Shown one piece after another: positions 1 to 10,398 of a DNA stretch of 64,000 bases (positions within the stretch are counted from its first letter, which is position 1; each line of letters begins with the position of its first letter). A program made the translations under genes and the position numbers. The notes under the pieces were generated by a model that was given only the letters and a program-made list of their open reading frames with translations, did not search any database and had not been told where the DNA came from. The stretch spans positions 2,269-66,268 of the forward strand of contig CAZBGI010000010.1 of the NCBI GenBank assembly GCA_964491395.1. Direction: 5' to 3'. Origin of the DNA: an uncultured Bacteroidales bacterium (GTDB lineage Bacteria; Bacteroidota; Bacteroidia; Bacteroidales; UBA7960).

Positions 1-1
1 C

Positions 2-640
2 GGAAAAGGACAATATATTGAAGCTTCCTTGTTTAAGGCTGGTTTGTCTTCCCTGGTTAATCAGGCCACCAACTGGCTGGTAGGAAAAGCCATTCCGCAA
101 CGCATGGGGTCAGACCATCCTAATATCGTTCCTTACGGCACCATTTTTAAAACTGCAGATGGCAAAGAGATTGTGTTGGCCGCTGGTACCGACAAACAAT
201 ACCGGGAACTCATTAAGGTTTTGGGACGAGATGATTTGGCTGCCGATTGCAAATTTGAGAAGAATCATGGTCGGGTTATTCACAAAGAAGAAATCAATGG
301 CATTCTACAGGGTGAGATCATCCGGTATACCCGTGAAGAAATTCTGTCAATCCTTCAAAAGAAAAGAATTCCCGCCGGTGGGGTGTTTAACATGAAGGAG
401 GTTTTTGAAGTGCCCGAGTCGCAACCCATGATTCTGAAAGGAAAATATGAAAACGGGAATGAGATTAAAGGAGTTCGCTCTATCGCCTTCAGCACCAGCG
501 ATAGAATGCATGCCGAAATATTGACTCCTCCACCTCATTACGGTCAGCATACACGACACATATTATCCGAAATACTGCATTATGATGAACAAACCATCAA
601 TGAGCTAATAACCAAAGGAGTTACTTATGCAAGAGAATAA
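2..640 (+). CDS. Family III CoA-transferase (CaiB/BaiF-type), C-terminal portion; gene begins upstream of the window
   Basis: Frame is open from base 2 (GKGQYIEASL...). GSDHPNIVPYGTIFKTADG and IPAGGVFNMKEVFE resemble family III CoA-transferases. The track M at 29 is an internal TTG. Confidence 0.8.
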   Translation, partial: GKGQYIEASLFKAGLSSLVNQATNWLVGKAIPQRMGSDHPNIVPYGTIFKTADGKEIVLAAGTDKQYRELIKVLGRDDLAADCKFEKNHGRVIHKEEINGILQGEIIRYTREEILSILQKKRIPAGGVFNMKEVFEVPESQPMILKGKYENGNEIKGVRSIAFSTSDRMHAEILTPPPHYGQHTRHILSEILHYDEQTINELITKGVTYARE

Positions 641-1751
641 AAAGGGGAGGTTTGTCCTTACGGATGCTTCCCGCTTAATAATTGAATCCATGGCACGGGC
701 CGGTGCCGATGCTTTTATCGGTTACCCCATTACCCCGGCTAATTTACTGTATCAGTATGGCTCGCAGCGGATGCCTCTGATGCTCTCTGCTCCCGATGAG
801 ATTACCACCTTGCAATGGATGGCTGGTTTGTCTGCGGCCGGCAAAATTCCGGTTACCGCCACTTCTTTTCCAGGGTATGCCCTCATGATTGAATCCGTAA
901 ATATGGCTTACATGATGGAATTGCCCATGGTTATTGTTTTGGTGCAACGGCTGGGGCCGGCAACAGGTACAGCAACTTGCGGGGCTCAAGGAGATCTTTC
1001 TCTGCTGAAAGGAACAATTTCCGGTGGCCATCCCATTCCTGTTTTATGTACTTCTTCTTTTAACGATTGCTGGACCCTCTCGGCCAAAGCAGTGGAAGTG
1101 GCCGTAAAATTGCGGTCTCCTGTGGTTCTTCTTACCTCCAAAGAAGAAGTAATGACCCGTAAAAGTCTTGATATTTCTACCCTTCCCGCCATTGATAAAG
1201 TAGAACGTAAATATTACAATATGAAGTGTGAAGGGAAATACAAGCCTTACAAACCTACTGACTGGGTCCCCGATTTTCTTCCTGTAACACAGTCCGAACA
1301 TCAGGTGCGTCTCACTGCAAGCACCCACGATCAGCTTGGAGTTCTGCAACATTCCTCGCAGGAGGCCTTGAATAATACACGCCGCCTGGAAGAAAAAATA
1401 CGGAAAAAAGCCTTTGAATATACTTTGTATGATATTGATGAAAAGGAAGATGCCCGAACATTGATAGTGGCTTATGGTATCACGGCTGCGGCTGCCAGGG
1501 AGGCTGTATCTACTTTAAGAAAGGAGGGAGAGAAAATATCCCTGCTCATTCCGAAAACCTTGATCCCGGTACCGGAGGTTTATGCAGAAATAATGGATAG
1601 CTATGATAAAGTAGTCGTAGCTGAAGAGAATATCAACAACCAGTTTAGCGATTTGATGTATGGAGTAAGAAAACCACGTAATCACAGGTTTGTGGGTTCG
1701 CTGGGGAAAATGATAACACCGGAACAAATAATTGAGGAGGTGAAAATATGA
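627..1751 (+). CDS. 2-oxoacid:ferredoxin oxidoreductase alpha subunit (short form, no gamma domain)
   Basis: GYPITPAN motif near the N-terminus; 374 aa. AAAGGAG lies 6 nt upstream of the ATG. The start overlaps the upstream CDS by 14 nt, and the stop overlaps the next start (ATGA at 1748-1751). Confidence 0.85.
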   Translation: MQENKKGRFVLTDASRLIIESMARAGADAFIGYPITPANLLYQYGSQRMPLMLSAPDEITTLQWMAGLSAAGKIPVTATSFPGYALMIESVNMAYMMELPMVIVLVQRLGPATGTATCGAQGDLSLLKGTISGGHPIPVLCTSSFNDCWTLSAKAVEVAVKLRSPVVLLTSKEEVMTRKSLDISTLPAIDKVERKYYNMKCEGKYKPYKPTDWVPDFLPVTQSEHQVRLTASTHDQLGVLQHSSQEALNNTRRLEEKIRKKAFEYTLYDIDEKEDARTLIVAYGITAAAAREAVSTLRKEGEKISLLIPKTLIPVPEVYAEIMDSYDKVVVAEENINNQFSDLMYGVRKPRNHRFVGSLGKMITPEQIIEEVKI

Positions 1752-3022
1752 CAGTTCCATTTTTAAATACTGACGCATTGCCCTATTGCAAAGGGTGCGG
1801 GCATAGTCTTATCGCAAAAAATACTTCCAAAGCGCTGGAAAAACTAAATTATAAACCGCTTGATGTGGTAATGGTTACCGATATCGGCTGCCATGGTATC
1901 ATCGACAAATGTCTCAATACGCATACCGTGCATGGCTTACACGGACGCTCAGCCGCCTTGGGAGCGGGCATCAGCTTTGCCAATAACGATTCCGGGAAAA
2001 AAATCATTGTCTTTATTGGCGATGGGGGCACCACCATAGGTTTACAGCATATCATGGAGGCCTCACGTTTAAATCTGGATATGACAGTAGTGGTACATAA
2101 TAATTATTTGTACGGTATGACGGGTGGACAAACCAGTGGACTAACCCCGGTGGGATTCAATACGACCACTTCTTATCATGGAAACCCCTATGAAGGATAT
2201 GACATCTGCTCCCTGGCTCATACAGCTGGTGCAGCCTATGTGAGTCGAATGATGGGAATCTGTGATTTCAGCGACAAACTGGCTGTTGCTTTTTCTACCA
2301 AGGGATTTTCACTGGTTGAGGTCATGGAGATATGCCCAAGCTATGGGGTAAAGTTAAATCCCAGGCGCAAACTGGCTGAATTAGTGGAATCCTCGGGCCG
2401 ACAGTTAGGGGAATGGACCCACAAAAGAAAACCGTATGCGATTCACAAGAGAGACAAAACCGATGATCTTATTTCTGCTTTACCTCTCATCAAAAAAGGA
2501 TTTACATCTTACCTTAAAGATCCAATATCGCTGGTTTTGAGTGGTTCAGCAGGAGAAGGAGTGCAACTTGCTGCCGGTCTCATCAGTAAGGCAGCCATCT
2601 CTTCAGGCTTGCATATAACCCAAAAGGGGAGCTATCCGGTAACAGTGGGTGTGGGGTTTTCTACCGCTGAACTTAACCTCTCTCCCCATACGGTCAGTTT
2701 TCATGGCATCAATATTCCTGATATGATAATCGTAACTTCCCAGGATGGCCTCGCCCATAACCGGCAAAGGATTGAAGCAATGAAATCCGGGAAACTCTTT
2801 ATTGACAGCAGTCTTGAGATTCTACCCACCGGTGCTGAAATTATCCAATATGATTTCAGATCCACAGGAGAACGCAATGCATCGTTATTTGCTGTGTTTT
2901 TCTGGGCGATGAAAACCGGCATTATCTCCACTGAATCTTTATTCAAAGTAATTCAGGATGAAGGTAAGGAAGAGAAATTACCTGTGGGAAAAATTAAAGA
3001 CGCCCTTTCAAATGTAAAGTAA
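1748..3022 (+). CDS. 2-oxoacid:ferredoxin oxidoreductase beta (TPP/Fe-S) subunit with a C-terminal gamma-like domain
   Basis: CKGCGH and DIGCHG cysteines and a GDGG...NN TPP motif. From about residue 250, LSGSAGEGVQLAAG...GSYPVTVGVGFS resembles gamma subunits. Strong SD GAGGAGGTG at 1734-1742. Confidence 0.8.
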   Translation: MTVPFLNTDALPYCKGCGHSLIAKNTSKALEKLNYKPLDVVMVTDIGCHGIIDKCLNTHTVHGLHGRSAALGAGISFANNDSGKKIIVFIGDGGTTIGLQHIMEASRLNLDMTVVVHNNYLYGMTGGQTSGLTPVGFNTTTSYHGNPYEGYDICSLAHTAGAAYVSRMMGICDFSDKLAVAFSTKGFSLVEVMEICPSYGVKLNPRRKLAELVESSGRQLGEWTHKRKPYAIHKRDKTDDLISALPLIKKGFTSYLKDPISLVLSGSAGEGVQLAAGLISKAAISSGLHITQKGSYPVTVGVGFSTAELNLSPHTVSFHGINIPDMIIVTSQDGLAHNRQRIEAMKSGKLFIDSSLEILPTGAEIIQYDFRSTGERNASLFAVFFWAMKTGIISTESLFKVIQDEGKEEKLPVGKIKDALSNVK

Positions 3023-3466
3023 AACAATGTAAATCATTGTTGTCCGGGAAAATATGAATGGTTTCTGAAAACGTTTGTTGATTGTTTCATCCCTACGGGT
3101 TTTAAATTCAGGAGGTCACATTTAAACCATAACCCTTTCACTCCTAACAGAGTTAATACATTCTACTGGATTCAGGCCCATCCCGTAGAGATGAAATGTT
3201 TATAGTAAAATGAAACAGAGCCTTGTTGAGTTTCTTAGGAAGGAGACAAATTTTACCGGACAATAATGTAAGTAAATATCAAAAAGCTGGATAAAGTATT
3301 GCCCAAAATCAGGGTTGTAACAAAGATGAACAGAATAATGACAATACCCATTGACACCAGGTCGGATGATTGTACTCTTGCAACAAAGCTTGAAATAAAC
3401 CACCGATAATATTGGGCAGCTCCATGTGACCACTTGAAATCAAATTATAAACACATGAATTTGTTT

Positions 3467-3474
3467 TACTTTTG
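3467..3474 (+). promoter_or_regulatory. Bacteroidota-type -7 promoter box upstream of lepB
   Basis: TACTTTTG matches TAnnTTTG exactly, 20 nt upstream of the lepB ATG. No clear -33 TTTG seen. Confidence 0.4.
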
Positions 3475-3493
3475 CAACCCCAAATAAAAAACA

Positions 3494-4585
3494 ATGGCTG
3501 TTTCCTCCGGAAAAAAGAAAAAGAAAAAATCTAACCTGTTGTCTGGCATAAAAGAGTGGCTCAAAGCTTTCCTGATTGCCTTTGTTATTCTTGTTTTGGT
3601 GAGGTTTTTTGTTTTTGATCTGATAAGTTTGACAGACAGTGGAATGGAAAAATCACTGCTGCAAGGGGATATTCTTTTGGTGAATAAATACAATTACGGC
3701 ACGCGGATGCCCTTAAGAATTGTCCCCCAAAATTGGGTTAATAAATTCTTTTCAACCCATACGTTGCCTCTTGTAAGGCATTTGCCCTACTGGCGAATAC
3801 CGGGAAATCAGCCCCCTGACTATAATGATATGGCCTGTATTAATATTCCTGCACCTCATGATGTGGCTATTGACAAAAGAACCCGCACCGTTAAACGTAT
3901 TGTGGCTTTGCCGGGAGATATACTTGAAATGAAGGATGCAACGCTGTATGTTAATGGTAAACCTCATACAAATCCCTCCGCCTTGCAGTTTAACTATTTA
4001 ATAGAATTGGATAGGAACGAGAATGTTGAAGATTTTCTTTCGGATTACAGCATTAAAGAAGGAACAAGAGTGAAAGGGAGAAATCAGTTTGTTTTTCCTT
4101 TTACCATGCAAATGGCTGACTCTATTGCCAACGGTGGTGATGTACAAAAAATTCAAAAAGTTTCGCCCGGAAGAGAAAAAGAATTTGTAAGTCCTTTCGG
4201 GAAAAAAGCAAATACCTGGACACTCGATCATTTTGGTCCGGTTACCCTTCCTTACAGAGGTTATACCCTGCCACTATCGACCCGCAATCTTGATGAATGG
4301 CTTTACCATCTGCTTTATCATGAAAGAGTATCAGTAGCAGTAACGAATGATTCAGTTTTTGTGGAAGGTGAATTTACCAGGGATTATACTTTCAAATACG
4401 ATTACTATTTCCTGATGGGAGATAATCGTCATAATACATCCGATTCCCGGCTCTGGGGGTTGGTGCCCGAGAGTCATTTACTGGGCCGGGCAACTTCTGT
4501 TTTTATCTCATTTGATAAAAATGCAGGACTCATTGATAAATTAAGATGGAAGCGATTTTTCCGGTCGTTGGATAAAATTAACTGA
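3494..4585 (+). CDS. lepB: Signal peptidase I (S26 family)
   Basis: N-terminal TM segment; SGMEKSL (catalytic Ser region); KRIVALPGD (Lys box); GDNRHNTSDSRLWG box E. Confidence 0.9.
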   Translation: MAVSSGKKKKKKSNLLSGIKEWLKAFLIAFVILVLVRFFVFDLISLTDSGMEKSLLQGDILLVNKYNYGTRMPLRIVPQNWVNKFFSTHTLPLVRHLPYWRIPGNQPPDYNDMACINIPAPHDVAIDKRTRTVKRIVALPGDILEMKDATLYVNGKPHTNPSALQFNYLIELDRNENVEDFLSDYSIKEGTRVKGRNQFVFPFTMQMADSIANGGDVQKIQKVSPGREKEFVSPFGKKANTWTLDHFGPVTLPYRGYTLPLSTRNLDEWLYHLLYHERVSVAVTNDSVFVEGEFTRDYTFKYDYYFLMGDNRHNTSDSRLWGLVPESHLLGRATSVFISFDKNAGLIDKLRWKRFFRSLDKIN

Positions 4586-4602
4586 AAATATCTTTTTGTG
4601 TA

Positions 4603-5262
4603 ATGAATGATGCATCTTCAACTACCGATTTGCTGGTGTCAACAGCATATTTTCCCCCCTTGGAATATTTTTCAGAACTTGTTCATGCCCGGGAAGTATT
4701 GATCGATATTCACGAAACCTACCCCAAGCAAACCTGGCGCAACCGTTGTACCATTGCCAGCAGCAACGGCCTGGTAAATTTGAGTATTCCTGTAGAAAAA
4801 CCCCATGGAAATGCCACCAAAACTTCCCAGGTCTTGATTAGTCGCCATTATCATTGGAGAAAAAATCATTGGAGAACAATTTTCTCTGCCTATCGAAATG
4901 CCCCGTTTTTTATTTATTATGCCGACTTGATTGAACACTTGATACTGGATGATGATTCTGCATTATTATATGAGTATAATCATGCTATTTTAGTGGCTCT
5001 GATCAATGAAGTGCAACTGGATGTCTCAACCGGGTTTTCCCGTGAATTTGTGCGGAATGTTGAAAAAGCGAAAGATGTTAGATTTTGCATCAGCCCTAAG
5101 CAGCGAGATAGACAGAATTATAGGGCACCGGTTTTTGAACCTTACTATCAGGTTTTTGAGGACAGGTTGGGTTTTAGTCCCAACCTCAGCATCCTGGACT
5201 TGCTCTTTAACATGGGCCCTGATACTGGCGATTATTTGTTAAACACGCGCTTTGCCATTTAA
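4603..5262 (+). CDS. WbqC-family protein
   Basis: YFPPLEYF... N-terminus and overall length are typical of the WbqC family, which commonly follows lepB in Bacteroidota. Confidence 0.65.
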   Translation: MNDASSTTDLLVSTAYFPPLEYFSELVHAREVLIDIHETYPKQTWRNRCTIASSNGLVNLSIPVEKPHGNATKTSQVLISRHYHWRKNHWRTIFSAYRNAPFFIYYADLIEHLILDDDSALLYEYNHAILVALINEVQLDVSTGFSREFVRNVEKAKDVRFCISPKQRDRQNYRAPVFEPYYQVFEDRLGFSPNLSILDLLFNMGPDTGDYLLNTRFAI

Positions 5263-5282
5263 AGATTCTCTCTTTACGGCGT

Positions 5283-7367
5283 TTAATTCAGTCCCGGGTA
5301 AGCTATTCTTACATGGAAAATATGCATTAGACGGTTTTTCAATACCTTTTTGATGGTGCTAATATCCTTGAAGGTAATATTGGCGTTGTCAAATTGTTTT
5401 TCCTGCACCTGAGTCTCAATAATGTTTTCCACAAGTTGATTGATGTTATCCTCGGTAGGGTTCTTCATGCTTCTTGAAGCGGCTTCCACTGAATCGGCCA
5501 TCATCAGAACTGCTGTTTCCTTGCTGAAAGGTTCCGGCCCTTTATAGCGGAATATTTCAGGGTCAATTTCCTTGTCCGGATTTTCGTTCTTCTCCATGAT
5601 ATAAAAATACCGGGTTGTGGTGGTACCATGATGTGTTCTTATAAAATCAATAATATATTCGGGCAGATTATGTTTTCTTGCTTTCTCTATTCCTTTAATA
5701 ACATGGCTGATGATGACTTCAGCACTTTCAGTAAAAGTGAGTTCATCATGAGGATTGATTTCTGAATTTTGATTCTCAATAAAATACTGCGGCTGTTCCA
5801 TCTTGCCAATATCGTGATAGAGCGCCCCGGTACGTACCAGCAAACTATTACCCCCGATAAGGTTGATGGCTTCTTCTGCGAGGTTGGCTACCTGCAGGGA
5901 GTGTTGAAAGGTGCCCGGTGCCTGCATATTCAACTCGCGAAGCAACAAAGAATTGGTGTCAGAAAGTTCAAGTAATGAAAAATCGGTAGGCAAACCTGAG
6001 GTGCGCTCAAAAATGTATATCAGAGGATAGGCAAAAAGGGTGAGCAAGGCACTTCCGGCAAAATACACATAATTGATGGGAGCGATGTATGAAAATGTAC
6101 CGCTTTGAGCCAATGACAAACCAGTGAAAATAGCAGAATAGGTAAGAAAGATTAAAAATACAGTAAAAAACAACTGAGATCTTCTTCTGAGACTTGCCAT
6201 GCTTAATATGGCAATAATCCCTGCAATGAACTGAAGGAAAACGAATTCAAAACTTTTGGGAACCAGAAATCCAATTAAAATGATGCTGATAATATGCACA
6301 TAAAGTGCAAGACGGTTGTCGAAGAAACTCCTGATGATAATAGGTACAATGCAAACGGGAACCAGGTAAAGTAGATTGATATCATATTTTACAACCTGAC
6401 TGGTAAGGAAAATCATCAGGTAAATAATAAGGAGAATAACAATCAGTTTTCTGGAATCATAAAATGCTTCACGCCTGAATACTCTCAGAAATAAGCTCAG
6501 CACTATAATGGAAATAGATACGAGCAAAAACTGACCGATAAAAACAATATAATTGGCAGCCGAACTTCCCAATTGACGACTGTATTCAGCTCTGTAGGAT
6601 TCAAGAATCCGGTATTTTTCATCTGTAATGATTTCTCCTTTGGAAACAATTTTTTCTCCTTGTTGCACCATACCACGGGAGGGGGATATTCGCTCCAGGG
6701 CTGCGCTTAATGCCCTTGCGTTAGCTTCTTCATCAAGAAAAACAGAATGCGAAACAGAGTTCTCCAACACATTGCGCAAGAGGTTTCTGTTAGCCGAACT
6801 TAAGTCAGACGATGATAGCTGGTGGGAAATGTATTGAAATGCTTCCTGGATGGTAAAAAAATCACCTATCTGCCGGCTTCTGGCCACTGCACCGTCCAGC
6901 AAAAGAATTTCCTCGTCTTTGGAAGCTTCTGTTAGCTCTCCTTCCAGGAATATTATACCACGATTGTAGATGGAGTCGAAAATGTTGATAAGCATTTTTT
7001 TGCTCCTCTCTTTTTGCCTGTCGTTTGCGTTAGCATCAGGGTAATTTTCATTCCAGGCAACCTCAAACCGGTTGATAAGGGTTTGAAACTGACTTTCATA
7101 AATGCCGGGATCTTCTTTAAAAAAGGGAGTAAGCTCCTCAATCACTTCCTCACGCTCTGCTTCCAGCTCTGCCGGACTTTTTAGAATGGCAAAATTAAAG
7201 GGGGCAATCAAATCCTCATACAACCACGGACGCGCCTGTGAAAACTCCCAATAAAATCCGGTCTGGCGCGGGAAAAGTAATAATATCAGGAAAACACTGA
7301 TTGCAAACAAAGAAAAGCGTACGATGTTTGAAAAGTTTTCCTGAAACCATGCGATAATTTTACTCAT
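5283..7367 (-). CDS. 7TM receptor with intracellular HD-domain phosphohydrolase (PgpH/YqfF-like)
   Basis: Large extracytoplasmic N-terminal domain, about 7 TM helices, then an HD domain with LYHDIGK and THHGTT motifs. Confidence 0.85.
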   Translation of the reverse strand: MSKIIAWFQENFSNIVRFSLFAISVFLILLLFPRQTGFYWEFSQARPWLYEDLIAPFNFAILKSPAELEAEREEVIEELTPFFKEDPGIYESQFQTLINRFEVAWNENYPDANANDRQKERSKKMLINIFDSIYNRGIIFLEGELTEASKDEEILLLDGAVARSRQIGDFFTIQEAFQYISHQLSSSDLSSANRNLLRNVLENSVSHSVFLDEEANARALSAALERISPSRGMVQQGEKIVSKGEIITDEKYRILESYRAEYSRQLGSSAANYIVFIGQFLLVSISIIVLSLFLRVFRREAFYDSRKLIVILLIIYLMIFLTSQVVKYDINLLYLVPVCIVPIIIRSFFDNRLALYVHIISIILIGFLVPKSFEFVFLQFIAGIIAILSMASLRRRSQLFFTVFLIFLTYSAIFTGLSLAQSGTFSYIAPINYVYFAGSALLTLFAYPLIYIFERTSGLPTDFSLLELSDTNSLLLRELNMQAPGTFQHSLQVANLAEEAINLIGGNSLLVRTGALYHDIGKMEQPQYFIENQNSEINPHDELTFTESAEVIISHVIKGIEKARKHNLPEYIIDFIRTHHGTTTTRYFYIMEKNENPDKEIDPEIFRYKGPEPFSKETAVLMMADSVEAASRSMKNPTEDNINQLVENIIETQVQEKQFDNANITFKDISTIKKVLKNRLMHIFHVRIAYPGLN

Positions 7368-7528
7368 GTTTGCTTATTTGTTTGTTGCGAATATAACACC
7401 AATTATTGGGTTTTTCCGATGCAGACTGCGTAAAATTTATAATTGTATTACCGCATTGCTTTCGGAATTTGAAAAACCACTCTAACCTATTTATTTTTTT
7501 TGACTATATTTACCCCAAAAAACAGCTT

Positions 7529-8305
7529 ATGGATCATGGTATTTGTTTACTAAGTGTTGTACCCATGCGTGCAACACCTGACGATAAAAGTGAAATGGTT
7601 TCTCAGTTGTTGTTTGGTGACTGGGTGCATATACTTGAAAAGCGTGATAAATGGTATTTTGTTCAAAATCATACTGATAGTTACCAGGGCTGGGTTTCTG
7701 CCGGACAAATTAAACTGCAGGATGCGACCGTCTTTCATGAGATACAAAATCAATCTCATTGGGTAAGTCGCGATTTGGTGCAAATTCTGGAAAACAAGAC
7801 CCAAAAAACCAGCTTTCTTGTCTCTGCAGGCAGTAGTTTTTATCATTGTCAGGACCAGGTTTTTAACCTTTGTGGCGATACCTGGCAATATCACGGAGAA
7901 ATGGTAAATGCCGATGAATTGAACACGTTAGAAATTCTCAATTATGCCATGTTATTTCTGCATACGCCATACTTATGGGGAGGTCGTTCAGCCCTGGGGA
8001 TAGATTGTTCGGGTTTTACCCAGCTTGTTTATAAAATGGCAGGCAGGCATTTGCATCGCGATGCATCACAGCAGGCCAAACAAGGAGAAATGATCAACCT
8101 TGTTCACGAGGCCTTACCGGGAGATTTACTGTTTTTTGACAACGAAGAAGGTGATATCATCCATGTAGGAATTTTATTAGATGACCAGCATATTATTCAT
8201 GCCCATCAACATGTCAGGATTGATAAAATAGATCATCAGGGGATTTTTAATGTGGATACCCGAAAATATACGCATCAGCTTCGCTTGATAAAGAGGTATT
8301 CCTGA
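7529..8305 (+). CDS. NlpC/P60 (C40) peptidoglycan peptidase with N-terminal SH3-like domain
   Basis: GIDCSGFTQLVYK catalytic Cys motif with a downstream His (IIHVGIL). The ATG at 7529 (MDHGICLLSV) is preferred over the TTG at 7406. Confidence 0.8.
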   Translation: MDHGICLLSVVPMRATPDDKSEMVSQLLFGDWVHILEKRDKWYFVQNHTDSYQGWVSAGQIKLQDATVFHEIQNQSHWVSRDLVQILENKTQKTSFLVSAGSSFYHCQDQVFNLCGDTWQYHGEMVNADELNTLEILNYAMLFLHTPYLWGGRSALGIDCSGFTQLVYKMAGRHLHRDASQQAKQGEMINLVHEALPGDLLFFDNEEGDIIHVGILLDDQHIIHAHQHVRIDKIDHQGIFNVDTRKYTHQLRLIKRYS

Positions 8306-8375
8306 ATAAGTTTATTTTTCTGACCTTTAAGCGCAATATTAGTTTAATAGTTTATGGTGCAACGATAATTTTTTG

Positions 8376-8383
8376 TACCTTTG
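8376..8383 (+). promoter_or_regulatory. Bacteroidota-type -7 promoter box upstream of thrS
   Basis: TACCTTTG matches TAnnTTTG. A TTTA lies 21 nt upstream at 8351-8354 as a weak -33 element. The ATG is at 8409. Confidence 0.45.
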
Positions 8384-8408
8384 CACCCTTGAATTCTAAA
8401 GAGAAACG

Positions 8409-10346
8409 ATGATAAAAATAACTTTGCCCGATAATTCTGAAAGAGAATACCCTCAAGGTGTAACAGGCCTCGAAATAGCCAAAAGTATTAGCGAAGGACT
8501 TGCCCGCAACGTGCTTTCAGTTACTGTTAATGGTGAAACCCTTGATTTGAACCGCCCCATCAATGAGGATGCAAAAATAAAACTCAACACCTGGGATGAT
8601 AAAGAGGGCAAAGCTACTATGTGGCATTCATCAGCACACCTGATGGCTGAAGCCATTGAAACCTTGTATCCCGGAACAAAATTCGGCATTGGTCCGGATG
8701 TGGAAAACGGGTTTTACTATGATATCGATCTTGGAGAAAAAACTATTTCCAGCAATGATTTTGAGAAAATAGAGAAAAAAATGCTGGAACTGGCCAGGCA
8801 AAAGCAAACATTCAAACGAAAAGAAATTCCTAAAGCAGAAGCGCTGGAATATTATTCAAAAAAAGGAGACGAATACAAGGTAGACCTTTTGGAAGATCTG
8901 GAAGATGGCACCATCAGCCTTTATGAGTCAGGAAATTTTACCGACTTATGCCGTGGGCCCCATCTTATGGATACCAGCCCTATAAAAGCCGTAAAATTAC
9001 TCAGTATTGCCGGAGCTTACTGGAGAGGCGACGAAAGCCGCAAACAACTTACAAGGGTATATGGGATTACTTTTCCCAAGCAAAAGCAGCTTACTGAATA
9101 TCTTGAAATGCTCGAAGAAGCCAAAAAGCGCGACCATCGTAAGATTGGCCGTGAGATGGAACTTTTTGCATTTTCTTCCAGTGTAGGACAAGGCCTACCG
9201 CTTTGGCTTCCCAAGGGAGCTCAATTGCGTGAAAACCTGGAAAAATTCCTGAAAAATGTTCAGCGCAAAGCAGGATATCTTCCGGTTATTACACCTCATA
9301 TCGGCAACAAAAACCTTTACATAACCAGCGGGCATTATGAAAAATACGGAAAGGATTCTTTTCAGCCTATTCATACTCCCGCCGAAGGAGAAGAGTTTTT
9401 GCTGAAACCCATGAACTGTCCTCACCATTGCGAAATATACAAAACCAGGCAATACTCCTACAAAGAACTGCCCGTGCGAATGGCAGAATTTGGTACAGTG
9501 TATCGCTATGAACAAAGCGGCGAACTCCACGGTTTGACCCGGGTAAGAGGTTTTACCCAGGACGATGCCCATATCTTTTGCAGACCTGATCAAGTGAAAG
9601 AGGAGTTTCTTAAAGTGATGGATATCATCCTTTATATTTTTAAAGCTCTTGAATTTAAAGATTATCACGTGCAGATTTCCTTGCGTGATCCCGAAAATAT
9701 GGAGAAGTATATCGGAACAGAAGAGAACTGGGAAAAAGCCGAAAAAGCCATCATTGAGGCGGTTGAAGAAAAGGGAATCAAAGCCGAGGTTGAAACCGGC
9801 GAAGCTGCATTTTACGGCCCCAAACTTGACTTTATGGTAAAAGATGCTTTAGGACGTAAATGGCAGCTGGGAACCATTCAGGTTGATTACAACCTGCCCG
9901 ACAGATTTGAACTGGAATATACCGGCAGTGATAATCAGAAGCACCGTCCTGTAATGATTCACAGAGCTCCTTTTGGTTCTATGGAACGATTTGTAGCCGT
10001 TTTGATTGAACATTGTGCCGGTAATTTCCCTTTATGGCTCACTCCCGAACAGGCTATAGTATTGCCTATCAGTGAGAAATATGAGGAATATGCAAAAAAA
10101 GTTTTAAATTTGCTGAATAATTCAGAAATTCGCACCCTCATTGATGAACGCAGCGAAAAAACCGGTAAGAAGATCAGGGATGCTGAAACACGCAAGATAC
10201 CCTTTATGGTCATTGTTGGTGAGAAAGAAGAAAAAGAAGGTACGATCTCTGTTAGAAAACATGGAGAAGGAGATTTGGGAACTTTTACCCCAGATGAATT
10301 TGTCCGGCTGGTAGAGGAAGAGATAAGTAAACTGACAGCGTTTTAA
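8409..10346 (+). CDS. thrS: Threonine--tRNA ligase
   Basis: 645 aa with an N-terminal TGS domain, second additional domain, class II core ([11 protein letters not shown]) and anticodon-binding domain. Conserved thrS-infC-rpmI-rplT order. Confidence 0.97.
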   Translation: MIKITLPDNSEREYPQGVTGLEIAKSISEGLARNVLSVTVNGETLDLNRPINEDAKIKLNTWDDKEGKATMWHSSAHLMAEAIETLYPGTKFGIGPDVENGFYYDIDLGEKTISSNDFEKIEKKMLELARQKQTFKRKEIPKAEALEYYSKKGDEYKVDLLEDLEDGTISLYESGNFTDLCRGPHLMDTSPIKAVKLLSIAGAYWRGDESRKQLTRVYGITFPKQKQLTEYLEMLEEAKKRDHRKIGREMELFAFSSSVGQGLPLWLPKGAQLRENLEKFLKNVQRKAGYLPVITPHIGNKNLYITSGHYEKYGKDSFQPIHTPAEGEEFLLKPMNCPHHCEIYKTRQYSYKELPVRMAEFGTVYRYEQSGELHGLTRVRGFTQDDAHIFCRPDQVKEEFLKVMDIILYIFKALEFKDYHVQISLRDPENMEKYIGTEENWEKAEKAIIEAVEEKGIKAEVETGEAAFYGPKLDFMVKDALGRKWQLGTIQVDYNLPDRFELEYTGSDNQKHRPVMIHRAPFGSMERFVAVLIEHCAGNFPLWLTPEQAIVLPISEKYEEYAKKVLNLLNNSEIRTLIDERSEKTGKKIRDAETRKIPFMVIVGEKEEKEGTISVRKHGEGDLGTFTPDEFVRLVEEEISKLTAF

Positions 10347-10398
10347 GCTGACTTTATAATTATTATTATATTATTCACAAAATAAGGAGGAACGAAGT

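Noticed and set aside
7406-7528. N-terminal extensions produced by the track's use of alternative starts (for example 7406, 15497, 17155, 33567, 36427, 41011, 49797, 63844)
   Set aside because: In each case a downstream ATG gives an N-terminus typical of the family, and the extension is hydrophobic or low-complexity or overlaps the neighbouring gene or promoter box. Coordinates were trimmed accordingly.
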